Shown here: positions 44,971-53,442 of the stretch, piece by piece | How positions within the stretch are numbered: position 1 is the first letter of the stretch | Layout of the letters: each line of letters starts with the position of its first letter | Origin: a virus | Lineage: Duplodnaviria; Caudoviricetes | IMG/VR virus record: IMGVR_UViG_3300033175_000001 | Location: 13,325 to 77,324 of that record | Length of the DNA: 64,000 nt | Direction: 5' to 3' (one strand) | Made by a program: the position numbers and the translations under genes | Notes under the pieces: generated by a model | Told to the model about the DNA's origin: nothing | Seen by the model: only the letters and a program-made list of their open reading frames with translations | Databases searched by the model: none

Positions 44971-45696
44971 TCACCTCAATGCATATCTAAATAATTGACC
45001 GAGAACACCCGGATCATCCAAAAGTTGCTCTTTTGAAAATCCTGCATACTTGGTGTCCCTTAGATAGCTATTGAATATAGCAGCAGCGTAAGTTTCAGAA
45101 TTTACCCACGGAGAAATATCTCCTTTCCCTGAAAAAATAACGCTCATATCCGCTCCCGTAAAAGGCTGCATCTGCTTATAACTAAAATGTCGATACTTCC
45201 TGCCTTTTAACGCTTTTCGAGAAGCATGAAAGTTAAAGGCAAACTTATGCATCTGCTTACCTTCCCTTTCACGATTCAACGCTTCAGCTATATTCTTTAG
45301 CCAACTTGTAATTATGTGTCCTCTGGCACGACTACCAAAAATACCGTTAGCTATCTTACCCTGCTCCCAACCATAGCCAAAAAATTCAAAATCATCGAAC
45401 ACGTCGAATAAAGGCTGCACACTACGGAAAACAACAGTATCTATATCCATCCATATACCGCCGTTGTAAAAAAGAAGTACAACTCGAATAAAATCACTCA
45501 CCGTCGCTATATCCGGCAAACTCCATACATCGTCCCGAATTTCCACAGGAATAAACTGATTCAAATTACTTCTATTTACGATATGCACTGGATGGCCTGC
45601 GGAATGCTTCTTAATTGTATCAAGGCAAAGATCAATATACTCAGGAGTACCGTAATCTTTTAAAGGTTCCCAAAATAGCCATATTGCGTCATTCAT
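44971..45696 (-). CDS. DXD glycosyltransferase (capsular polysaccharide synthesis / GT32-like)
   Basis: IWLFW, IDLCLDTIKKH, SDFIRVVLLFYNGGIWMDID. Confidence 0.88.
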   Translation of the reverse strand: MNDAIWLFWEPLKDYGTPEYIDLCLDTIKKHSAGHPVHIVNRSNLNQFIPVEIRDDVWSLPDIATVSDFIRVVLLFYNGGIWMDIDTVVFRSVQPLFDVFDDFEFFGYGWEQGKIANGIFGSRARGHIITSWLKNIAEALNREREGKQMHKFAFNFHASRKALKGRKYRHFSYKQMQPFTGADMSVIFSGKGDISPWVNSETYAAAIFNSYLRDTKYAGFSKEQLLDDPGVLGQLFRYALR

Positions 45697-46320
45697 TTAG
45701 TCTGCCCCCATTGAAAACGTCCGGCTATTTCGAGGTCTGCCAAAACAATTCTTCGCAGTACCGAGCGTTGAATCCATATCAATATTATGATCAACCAAAT
45801 TCGGAACACATATTGCATAATCCTGCTTCACTTCTTTCAGATACTTACCTAAAAGAGAATCGTGCCCCTCCTTCTCGTCATAATAAGTATCCTCATAGTC
45901 GCTCGCCCATGAAAGCCACTTACGGGCAAAATCATACCTAAATGCTGCCGCCTGATCCCACAGGTAGGTAGCACCTTTTTCGATCTGCCACCTTCTATCA
46001 TCTTCAGGAAAATCCATAGGGCGGAAATACTGAAACAATTTGAAACCCAATAACTCCGCCTCTTCTATACGCTTTAAAGCCTTTGAATAAAAATCATTAC
46101 AAAGTATTATATCGTCCTGAAACATTACGATCCATCTCGCGCCGGATTCAAAACCCTGCCTGAGAGCTTTAACATGGCTCCATACAGTTCCCTTCATATA
46201 AGGATCGTAAAATTCATTTAGACCAGGAACAGCTTCAAAAACATTCCTGGCATCAAAGCCCTGCTCTTTCCTTTTCTGGCAAGTAACGACCACCCAGTAA
46301 ACATCATGTTCCGATATCAT
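45697..46320 (-). CDS. GT-A-fold glycosyltransferase (GT25-like)
   Basis: SHVKAL, MFQDDIIL, HDSLLG, VPNLVDH. Confidence 0.7.
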   Translation of the reverse strand: MISEHDVYWVVVTCQKRKEQGFDARNVFEAVPGLNEFYDPYMKGTVWSHVKALRQGFESGARWIVMFQDDIILCNDFYSKALKRIEEAELLGFKLFQYFRPMDFPEDDRRWQIEKGATYLWDQAAAFRYDFARKWLSWASDYEDTYYDEKEGHDSLLGKYLKEVKQDYAICVPNLVDHNIDMDSTLGTAKNCFGRPRNSRTFSMGAD

Positions 46321-47555
46321 ACTGCAGCCTCCGTCATCTTTGCCCTGTTCTCAGGAGTATACCACCAATAAGTCCCGGGAAAAGCTACAAGTATAGGCTT
46401 CTCGGCCTTAAAAACACCACCAGTAGGTTTAAAAGTACTGGGTTCAACATAATCCAGCCCCAGGTAAGAATTAAACGGATCGCCGTCCCATGCTTTATGA
46501 GTTAAATCTTTCCAAGACCCAAGTAAACCACAAGGCATACAACTGGCAACGTCCGGAAAAGGAGTAGTCGAATGCTTTGCATGCCTTCTGAGAACATTCG
46601 CCCTGACACGCTTCGCCCTATCAGCTACCCATAAAGGTGCCTCCTCTATACACGTCCTCTGAAAACATTCTTCCCAGGTCTCATTTAAACGCCGCTGCGG
46701 AGTACAAGTCTGAAGACCAAATTTAGCTGCAGTTCTTATCCCCGGAATCCTCTCAGCAACACGGTCAAACCAATGAGGCCATGCTCGCATTGCGATAGAT
46801 AATTGCTGGATAGCAGCACCATTAAGAGTAACAGGTGCAATACGCATGCCATGAGCAGGCACACCCATTTTAAACATGACATCATACGCTTCATTATAAT
46901 CCCAACCGTTATCTCGAATTGACTTCCACACATCCCCATCACGCCAATCATATATCGGCCAGGTATTACGAACTTCTCTTGTGCGCTTATCATCCGAATT
47001 ATATTTTGATGTAATAAAGTCTCCCTGCATCGATGCAAGACTCATTGCCCGTTTTGGAGACTCCTGAACCCTGATACCGATAACATCAAACATATCTACG
47101 CCATCCCGTGTGGGTAAATCCGGTAATTGATCCAAGGTACAAAGGTCATATAAATCTTTCGTCCGAGTTATCTGTTCTGCGTAAGGAGGCGGTTTCCTCA
47201 CCCACTTATCCTCCGGGATATCTGGGTCAAATGCCCACCAATAAGGCTGTTCCCTATTGAACGGATTGGTGTTCGGATTATTCATATAACACCAGTGGAA
47301 ATCAACTTCGCTGGTTCTGTTTGCAACCCGTTCAGCGTATTCATAAGTCCCTGGGTACATAATCTCTTCATCATTCATTATTGTAGTAACCGGAAGCCTA
47401 CCCATTTTCTTTGCAACCATGACAGCAAGCTCCAGACACACCGCTGAATCCTTGCCTCCAGAAAATGATACAACTACATCTCCCTGTTCAAAACAATACT
47501 GAAGTCTTGTCAGAGCCCTCTCGAAAACATTCTGCCCTAAATATAATCTTGCCAT
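46317..47555 (-). CDS. PAPS-reductase-family PP-loop protein (IbrA-like, DUF3440-type)
   Basis: VSFSGGKDS, DEE..Y..T, IGIRVQESPKR, PIYDWRDGDVW, YDVMFKMG.....MRI. Confidence 0.88.
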   Translation of the reverse strand: MARLYLGQNVFERALTRLQYCFEQGDVVVSFSGGKDSAVCLELAVMVAKKMGRLPVTTIMNDEEIMYPGTYEYAERVANRTSEVDFHWCYMNNPNTNPFNREQPYWWAFDPDIPEDKWVRKPPPYAEQITRTKDLYDLCTLDQLPDLPTRDGVDMFDVIGIRVQESPKRAMSLASMQGDFITSKYNSDDKRTREVRNTWPIYDWRDGDVWKSIRDNGWDYNEAYDVMFKMGVPAHGMRIAPVTLNGAAIQQLSIAMRAWPHWFDRVAERIPGIRTAAKFGLQTCTPQRRLNETWEECFQRTCIEEAPLWVADRAKRVRANVLRRHAKHSTTPFPDVASCMPCGLLGSWKDLTHKAWDGDPFNSYLGLDYVEPSTFKPTGGVFKAEKPILVAFPGTYWWYTPENRAKMTEAAV

Positions 47556-47557
47556 AT

Positions 47558-48253
47558 CTACCTCAGCTTTGTTATAGAATAACCTTTCTTATCAAACATC
47601 TTTGAAATGTTAGCTATCTTTCTTTTATTAAATTCAAGCCCAAAACATTGGACGCCGCTGTCAATAAACGGAGGCCAAAAAGACGCCTCTCCTACAAACA
47701 TATCCAACAGCTTCTTTGGACGGATATTTCGATTTAAAAAATTCGGAATATATAATCCCTTCTCACTATGCTTGCCATTAGGATCATCATCCCATTCAGG
47801 GGCCTCTACCCCATCTACAAAAGTTCCTACCCACAAGCAGTATTCAATACCGCTTCCATAAGTAGGAAAAAACATATTGAACTGTTTCGCCCCATATTTA
47901 TCGAGCCTGGGCTTTAATTGCTCCATACCTTTTATACCCATCTCAATAGCAACATACTTGGAAGAATAATTCTTGCAGGCGAAAGCAATACCCTCTAAAA
48001 GATTCTCAAACCCATTCTTCGGAAGCTTATCCATACCTACCCATTCCCGGAACTGATTCGCTATCCTTGTATCCCATGGCGGGTCAGTATAAATAAGATC
48101 TGCTCGTTCTTCCCCCATTAAAACTTCAAGCGCCTTTGGACTAAACGGAGCACAAATATACCTATGCTTCAGTTCTCCTGCTTCGTACATCTCACCCGGC
48201 TGAATAGGAAACTTCTCCCAGGCATCTCCGTACATTTGATCTGCTTCCATCAC
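47558..48253 (-). CDS. atypical amino-methyltransferase-fold protein (DPPW)
   Basis: ADLIYTDPPW and a degenerate SAM motif LLDMFVGEAS, FGLEFN. Confidence 0.7.
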   Translation of the reverse strand: MMEADQMYGDAWEKFPIQPGEMYEAGELKHRYICAPFSPKALEVLMGEERADLIYTDPPWDTRIANQFREWVGMDKLPKNGFENLLEGIAFACKNYSSKYVAIEMGIKGMEQLKPRLDKYGAKQFNMFFPTYGSGIEYCLWVGTFVDGVEAPEWDDDPNGKHSEKGLYIPNFLNRNIRPKKLLDMFVGEASFWPPFIDSGVQCFGLEFNKRKIANISKMFDKKGYSITKLR

Positions 48254-48780
48254 TTAACCTCCGAAACTGGAAAAATATAATCTACAAAACAAATAGCTAC
48301 CAGCACCGTACCGTGCTGCTTCTTTGGAATAATAGTTTCGACTATAAGCTCTTCATCTTTAAGAAAGAACTCATCTGAATAGCCGTTAAAATAAATCTCC
48401 TGCAGAGCTTCCCTCAATTCAAGGGACGCCTCTTCTTTTAACTTTGGACCGTTATATTCACAAACGATCCCGCCATACTTCTCTTCAGTCTCTTTATTAT
48501 AAAGCCAACCATAAATAATGCCGGCTGTACCTACTTCCCCTTTACCACAAGTACACACACCCATAATTGCTTCCATAACCGAACCATGTGTCAACTTTTT
48601 AGGTTTGGGAATTTCCTTAGCCTCACCCGGAAGTATTGAGGAATACTGCATAATATTACACATCTCAATATCAGCATCCTTTAAAGCCATGTGATAAGAC
48701 CCGGCGTGTATAGTTATATCACTCTCCCCTTTACCGGTCGTTACAAAAAAATTTCGGGGAACTCTTTGCCCTACTATCAT
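48250..48780 (-). CDS. pdaD: pyruvoyl-dependent arginine decarboxylase
   Basis: VPRNFFVTTGKGES, SYHMALKDADIEMCNIMQYSSILP (Ser-Ser self-cleavage site), GIVCEY, VLVAICF. Confidence 0.92.
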   Translation of the reverse strand: MIVGQRVPRNFFVTTGKGESDITIHAGSYHMALKDADIEMCNIMQYSSILPGEAKEIPKPKKLTHGSVMEAIMGVCTCGKGEVGTAGIIYGWLYNKETEEKYGGIVCEYNGPKLKEEASLELREALQEIYFNGYSDEFFLKDEELIVETIIPKKQHGTVLVAICFVDYIFPVSEVK

Positions 48781-49502
48781 TAACTGACCCTCCTCGCTAA
48801 AAATACTATTATACCATCATAACCCCTTGAATAATCGCAATCCATGGAGAAAGACTTAACCATTTTAAAATCACTATCGAGAAAACCAATAATTTCCATC
48901 ATATCAACTGGAAACGCTGAGTACTTAACTTTTCCAACTTTATAAAACTCGGCGTTCCTCAAAGCTGCCATTACTATGTACTTATCCGCTGCGGACTTAA
49001 TATTGGAAAAAAGCTGAGAATAATCTACATAATTATCCGTTATACTTTCGATACAAAAACACGACGATACCAAATCCGCCTTTGTAGGAATTCCGCCCAA
49101 TACATTTAGCTGCTTAAATTCAATATCTAAATCAAGCATCCGCCACTCGATAAATTCTTTTGTTGTACCCTCGATATCAGCTACATAATTTAAAAAATCA
49201 TTCCAATCAAATCGTGAAGGTGAACACTTGAACCACTTAGCCACCTCCATCAGATTACTCTTACTAAAATCTGAAAATAACACCCTTCCGGCCTTATTAC
49301 TTGCACTCATGAGTTGATAAATAGTAGGGCCTCCGCCAACTTCAAAAATACTTAAGCCATCATCAATATCTTTATAAATCTCGTGGAATGATTCTAAAAG
49401 AAATTTATTCTCCTCGTCGCAACTCGAATAATATTCATTCAAATATCTTCTTGAAGAAAAATCCGTAAAATCAACACGCTTATCCTCTAAAACAATCATC
49501 AC
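48780..49502 (-). CDS. NNMT/PNMT/TEMT-family small-molecule N-methyltransferase
   Basis: EVGGGPTIYQLMSA, SDFSKSNL.EV.KW...FDW, DLVSSCFCIES, FYKVG..KYSAFP closely follow the NNMT/PNMT pattern. Confidence 0.9.
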   Translation of the reverse strand: MMIVLEDKRVDFTDFSSRRYLNEYYSSCDEENKFLLESFHEIYKDIDDGLSIFEVGGGPTIYQLMSASNKAGRVLFSDFSKSNLMEVAKWFKCSPSRFDWNDFLNYVADIEGTTKEFIEWRMLDLDIEFKQLNVLGGIPTKADLVSSCFCIESITDNYVDYSQLFSNIKSAADKYIVMAALRNAEFYKVGKVKYSAFPVDMMEIIGFLDSDFKMVKSFSMDCDYSRGYDGIIVFLARRVS

Positions 49503-51508
49503 TCCGTCCTATGAAAAGTGGCTTTATTCACCACAAGTTTTCCTTCTCTCGCTGCACGTCGAACATTATCAAAACCACGAATTTCAGAAATATCCATCCT
49601 GTCAATAATATCCTCTACATAATTTATAGAATCATCATTTGGATCAGCATTCAATGAAAAATAATTGGGAGATTCAATCGCAGAACCCATATTAACGGCT
49701 TCTTCAGCAGCATTAAGAGCGAGAAAGAAACTTTGTACGTAGTCATCCTTCGCTCCCTTATAAGTACCATGACGAATAATCATTTTATCATTTTTCCATA
49801 CTTTCTCCGCATCAAGCAACTGCACCATAAATTTATTATACTTGCGCGTCTTTTTCGCTGAAGCATGGGAAGGAATGCGAATATTTTCATGGTTCAAATT
49901 CTTATAAAATAACTGCGCCAACTTATGCTGATTCTGCAAAGAGAAATAAACAGGCTGAACATGCACATCCCTATATGCTAACCTTCTTGAAACCATCTCA
50001 TGTATCGGGTCGCCGACACCGGTTGAGTCTATGCTTAAAACCTGCAAGGTATCGTACCGCTTACACACCCTCACAATATCATCTACCTGAGATTCCCAGT
50101 TATCTCCTTCCCATTCAAACCATGCGGATACCTGCTTATAATACATATCAGCGTCCACAAAAACAGTTGCAGCCTCCTCGCTTTCCTCATCGCCCATAAG
50201 TTCTATATACCTTCTCGGCGAAGTATCCCGACGAACAAGTTTTATGATAGTAAGAACAGTACTGTCATACTTTTTACCAAGGTCAAGGCCGGCAACATAC
50301 ATAAACCTATTATCGGGAGAACTTTCCAACTTCAAAGAAGTTGCCTTCATCTTCCGTTCAAAGTCAGCCGACGTAATTGCCATACCTTTCTGAAGTAGCC
50401 ACTCCAGCTTATACGACATCCTAAAATAATCGGAATCCTCACCGTACCTTGATTTTTCTTTCTGTATCCAACGTGCATACCGTTCATTATATTTACTGAC
50501 GACGGTATAATCAAACTCAAAATGATTTTTAACCTTATTCTTGGATAACTGAGATATTCGTTTATTTCGAGTAATTGCTTCGAGGAACTCACACTGCCTC
50601 ATGTGGGGAGTGCCAAGTTTTATGATAGTTGCAGAAGTAGCTGCCCCCATCGGGTGGATACTTTTAAGTACCTTTTCATCTGAAACATCCTGTGCTTCAT
50701 CAATAATGATTATATGATAAGTCTTTGATTCAACCTTTGCCTGCGGAGCAGCAGAATGGATACGCACATAAGAACCATTAGACATCCACAAGGAATCTAC
50801 TGCTATATCCACTTCTGGATCACTAAGAAAATTAGCAGCCTCTTGACTGCCAACCCTTAATCTGAACCTTTCGGAAATAGTCTTTGCCTGGGGCTCTGTT
50901 GGAGCAAACACCCCGACGAAAACGCCCCTGTCAAATTGAGATAACTGCGGAAAATACTGACTGAGGATAGGTAATATCGCCATGAGTGTAGCCACCACAT
51001 CTGTAACACACTCAGACTTACCTGACTGGCGGGACCACAGCGCAGTTATTTCTTCACCGTCATTTAATAAAACACTCTGAAACACCCGAGCTGCGAATAT
51101 TTTCTGATACGGGAATAACTTGATATTACAAAGCTGTTCAAGAGTAATCAGGAGCTTTTCAACGATCTCATCAGTATTGACTTCGCCCCAATCAATTATC
51201 TTGCCATAAGAACTCTCAAATTGACCTAAATCCTGAGAAAGTTCAACTTCATATTTTTCGAGTATCCCCTGAACGTACTCATGAACATCATAACCTTTTT
51301 CTTTTGTTTTAACTGGCGGAGTAAATTCACCTTCTCCATACTCCGTCTTCATTTTTCGTTTCTTCTTCTTTGATGTCCCCTCATACTGGCCGTCTAATTC
51401 GGCAAACTTTTCCTTTATTCGCTTCGACTGTTTCTTTAGATCGTTCTTTTTATTAAATGTGGCCTTCTTAACTGGTACATTTACCTTATCATCGTTCAAT
51501 TCAATCAT
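49499..51508 (-). CDS. terL: terminase large subunit
   Basis: WSRQSGKS Walker A, IIIIDEAQ, AGLDLGK, DSTGVGDP, DDYVQS. Confidence 0.93.
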   Translation of the reverse strand: MIELNDDKVNVPVKKATFNKKNDLKKQSKRIKEKFAELDGQYEGTSKKKKRKMKTEYGEGEFTPPVKTKEKGYDVHEYVQGILEKYEVELSQDLGQFESSYGKIIDWGEVNTDEIVEKLLITLEQLCNIKLFPYQKIFAARVFQSVLLNDGEEITALWSRQSGKSECVTDVVATLMAILPILSQYFPQLSQFDRGVFVGVFAPTEPQAKTISERFRLRVGSQEAANFLSDPEVDIAVDSLWMSNGSYVRIHSAAPQAKVESKTYHIIIIDEAQDVSDEKVLKSIHPMGAATSATIIKLGTPHMRQCEFLEAITRNKRISQLSKNKVKNHFEFDYTVVSKYNERYARWIQKEKSRYGEDSDYFRMSYKLEWLLQKGMAITSADFERKMKATSLKLESSPDNRFMYVAGLDLGKKYDSTVLTIIKLVRRDTSPRRYIELMGDEESEEAATVFVDADMYYKQVSAWFEWEGDNWESQVDDIVRVCKRYDTLQVLSIDSTGVGDPIHEMVSRRLAYRDVHVQPVYFSLQNQHKLAQLFYKNLNHENIRIPSHASAKKTRKYNKFMVQLLDAEKVWKNDKMIIRHGTYKGAKDDYVQSFFLALNAAEEAVNMGSAIESPNYFSLNADPNDDSINYVEDIIDRMDISEIRGFDNVRRAAREGKLVVNKATFHRTE

Positions 51509-51515
51509 AGATATG

Positions 51516-51544
51516 AAACTATAAAATAAACCCTATTTCGTCAA
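51516..51544 (-). promoter_or_regulatory. sigma70-type promoter TTGACG-17-TAGTTT, 7 nt before the terL ATG (leaderless candidate)
   Basis: -35 at 51539-51544, -10 at 51516-51521, ATG at 51508, no Shine-Dalgarno. Confidence 0.65.
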
Positions 51545-51569
51545 GAACTTAATACCTTAAAACAATACC

Positions 51570-51601
51570 AAAGTAAATAACCGGCTAAAAAAGCCAGCCA
51601 A
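51570..51601 (-). terminator. possible intrinsic terminator
   Basis: Minus strand TGGCTGGCT-TTTTT-AGCCGGTTA hairpin (several G-U pairs) followed by TTTACTTT. Confidence 0.3.
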
Positions 51602-51648
51602 GAAACGAAGATTATCACAGAAAACCACAGTAACCTCATACAAACACC

Positions 51649-52395
51649 TCATTGTGTACGAGAATCTTTATCCTTCAACATCCTGTCAATAAAATCAACA
51701 TCCTTCTCATCTGACTCCCTCTCTTCCCGTGCCTCTATAGATTCGATATGTTTAACCCCGTCCGAAATTGGCTCAAAAAGATACCGCTTATTATCCACAC
51801 AATCGTAATACCTACCGAGAAAGCAGCCAACCATGGAATGATGTTTGCATCCATTACAAGAAGGGGCCTTGAGTATTCCATCCTTCTTAACCCCATTAAA
51901 TCCTTCCTCATCAGTCTTTGGACGATTTTCTATATTTTGGAGAGTCTCCTTCATAGCAGCATACATCCTCTGCTGTTCCGGATCGAGCGCCTTCTGCAGA
52001 TCTTCCTCTGTTATTTCCCCAGACTTCAACTTCTGGGCAAGTTCCTGAGCCTGCAGCTTTACCACCTCAAAATGCTTCTTTTCGGCTTCAGATAAAGGTC
52101 TGCCTATTTTAGCTTCAACTTCCTCCAAAGTCGTATTCGCCATCTCCTCAAGAGACTGTCCATAAGGAACTTCCGGAGGAGTAAAGTTCGCTATATTCTC
52201 AGACTCCTCTAAAACCTCCTGGTCAACTGTATCCACGGTAGAACCCTTGGAGATAAGTTCATCAACTGATTCCTCAACTTCTTTACTCTGCCAAAGTTCA
52301 TACCCGCCACCCATGCAATAAACTTCTGCCTGGTCACCCTTTTTACACTTTCCGCCATCACCGAGAAATGTGCATGTACTACAATCCCGTGCCAT
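51649..52395 (-). CDS. hypothetical protein with Cys clusters at both ends
   Basis: CSTC...C...C and CNGC...C...C flanking an acidic helical core. Confidence 0.65.
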   Translation of the reverse strand: MARDCSTCTFLGDGGKCKKGDQAEVYCMGGGYELWQSKEVEESVDELISKGSTVDTVDQEVLEESENIANFTPPEVPYGQSLEEMANTTLEEVEAKIGRPLSEAEKKHFEVVKLQAQELAQKLKSGEITEEDLQKALDPEQQRMYAAMKETLQNIENRPKTDEEGFNGVKKDGILKAPSCNGCKHHSMVGCFLGRYYDCVDNKRYLFEPISDGVKHIESIEAREERESDEKDVDFIDRMLKDKDSRTQ

Positions 52396-52587
52396 AACTT
52401 ACCTCCAAAATTTATTATCGGCATCCCCACCTCTATGCCGAACACAGTACCAAAAACTTTAACATGCCATCCGGCAAGACTGTGCCCTTTTCAATAAATA
52501 CTAATCATTATAATTTATTCAATATACACTCATTAAAAAGTAAGCACAATCATAGGCAGTTACCTCCATTGTATCAAAAAGTACCGG

Positions 52588-52923
52588 TCAACTTTTTGAA
52601 AAAATACTCTCAAGGATATACTTATGAACATCCTCCGGAGATACTTCATCAAGTATATAACCTCTCAGGTCTAAACCTTTAATAAGAGTCCTAATACGCT
52701 CCTGCTCATCCTCAACAGCATCTAAAATAGCCTCTTCATACTGTTCTGCCATCTTCTCTGCCCGTTCAATAATAATATCGGTAAATACCCTTTCTCGAAA
52801 ACGTTCCAGAGATATTCTTGCCAACTCCAAATTTGATTTATCCTTCACATGCTGCCCGCAAACTGGACACACTTCCTGATCCATCGATTCGACCATTTTT
52901 CGTAGACCTTCAGCTTGATCCAT
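52588..52923 (-). CDS. hypothetical protein with N-terminal DQAxxLR motif and CPVC
   Basis: ATG at 52923 with GGAGGAGG RBS; begins MDQAEGLRKMV. Confidence 0.65.
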   Translation of the reverse strand: MDQAEGLRKMVESMDQEVCPVCGQHVKDKSNLELARISLERFRERVFTDIIIERAEKMAEQYEEAILDAVEDEQERIRTLIKGLDLRGYILDEVSPEDVHKYILESIFSKS

Positions 52924-53260
52924 CTTTCCTCCTCCCAACCTTCCAGCTTTCTATCTCAAACCACTCTCTGAGAAGAAAAGCAACGGCGGCTTCTTTATGC
53001 TCATGCTTTGGTTCAAAACTCCCGAGAACCATCTGAATATGCTTTAAAGCCTTTTCAGCATCTACCCCTTCCCGTGGATTTCCGTTAAGTTCAGATAACC
53101 CGCAGAAAAACCAGTCACTTGCGAGACGACATTCCTTAGTATTACGATTCTTAAATTCATCAGGAATATCTTCCCATTTCGGCATAAACTGGAGTACGCT
53201 TGCTGGAAATGCTAACTCAAGCTGACTTACTTCATGAATAGGAAACATACCTACCCCCAT
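52910..53260 (-). CDS. hypothetical phage protein
   Basis: ORF track; packed with neighbours. Confidence 0.6.
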   Translation of the reverse strand: MGVGMFPIHEVSQLELAFPASVLQFMPKWEDIPDEFKNRNTKECRLASDWFFCGLSELNGNPREGVDAEKALKHIQMVLGSFEPKHEHKEAAVAFLLREWFEIESWKVGRRKDGSS

Positions 53261-53442
53261 TTTGTAGTATCAATCTGCCCGGATTCTACCATCCGGATTG
53301 CTTCCTCAAATAACATTGCATTCCATCTTGAAATATCAGAATACCTGCCTTTGCTTTCTACATTATGTTTTTCCTTTAAATGACGAGCCCATTTGCGATA
53401 AAAAAATTCATTCACTAATACAGCCACTCGAAACTTGCTCAT
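53251..53442 (-). CDS. hypothetical protein
   Basis: ATG at 53442 with GAGGAG RBS. Confidence 0.5.
   Translation of the reverse strand: MSKFRVAVLVNEFFYRKWARHLKEKHNVESKGRYSDISRWNAMLFEEAIRMVESGQIDTTKWG

Noticed and set aside
46317-47555. Sulfur-assimilation auxiliary metabolic gene cysH
   Set aside because: At 412 aa with IbrA/DUF3440-type motifs, ParB partners and no terminal ECGLH motif, it is unlikely to be a true PAPS reductase.
52561-52600. Promoter TTGACC...TACAAT on the minus strand
   Set aside because: The spacer is only 12 nt.
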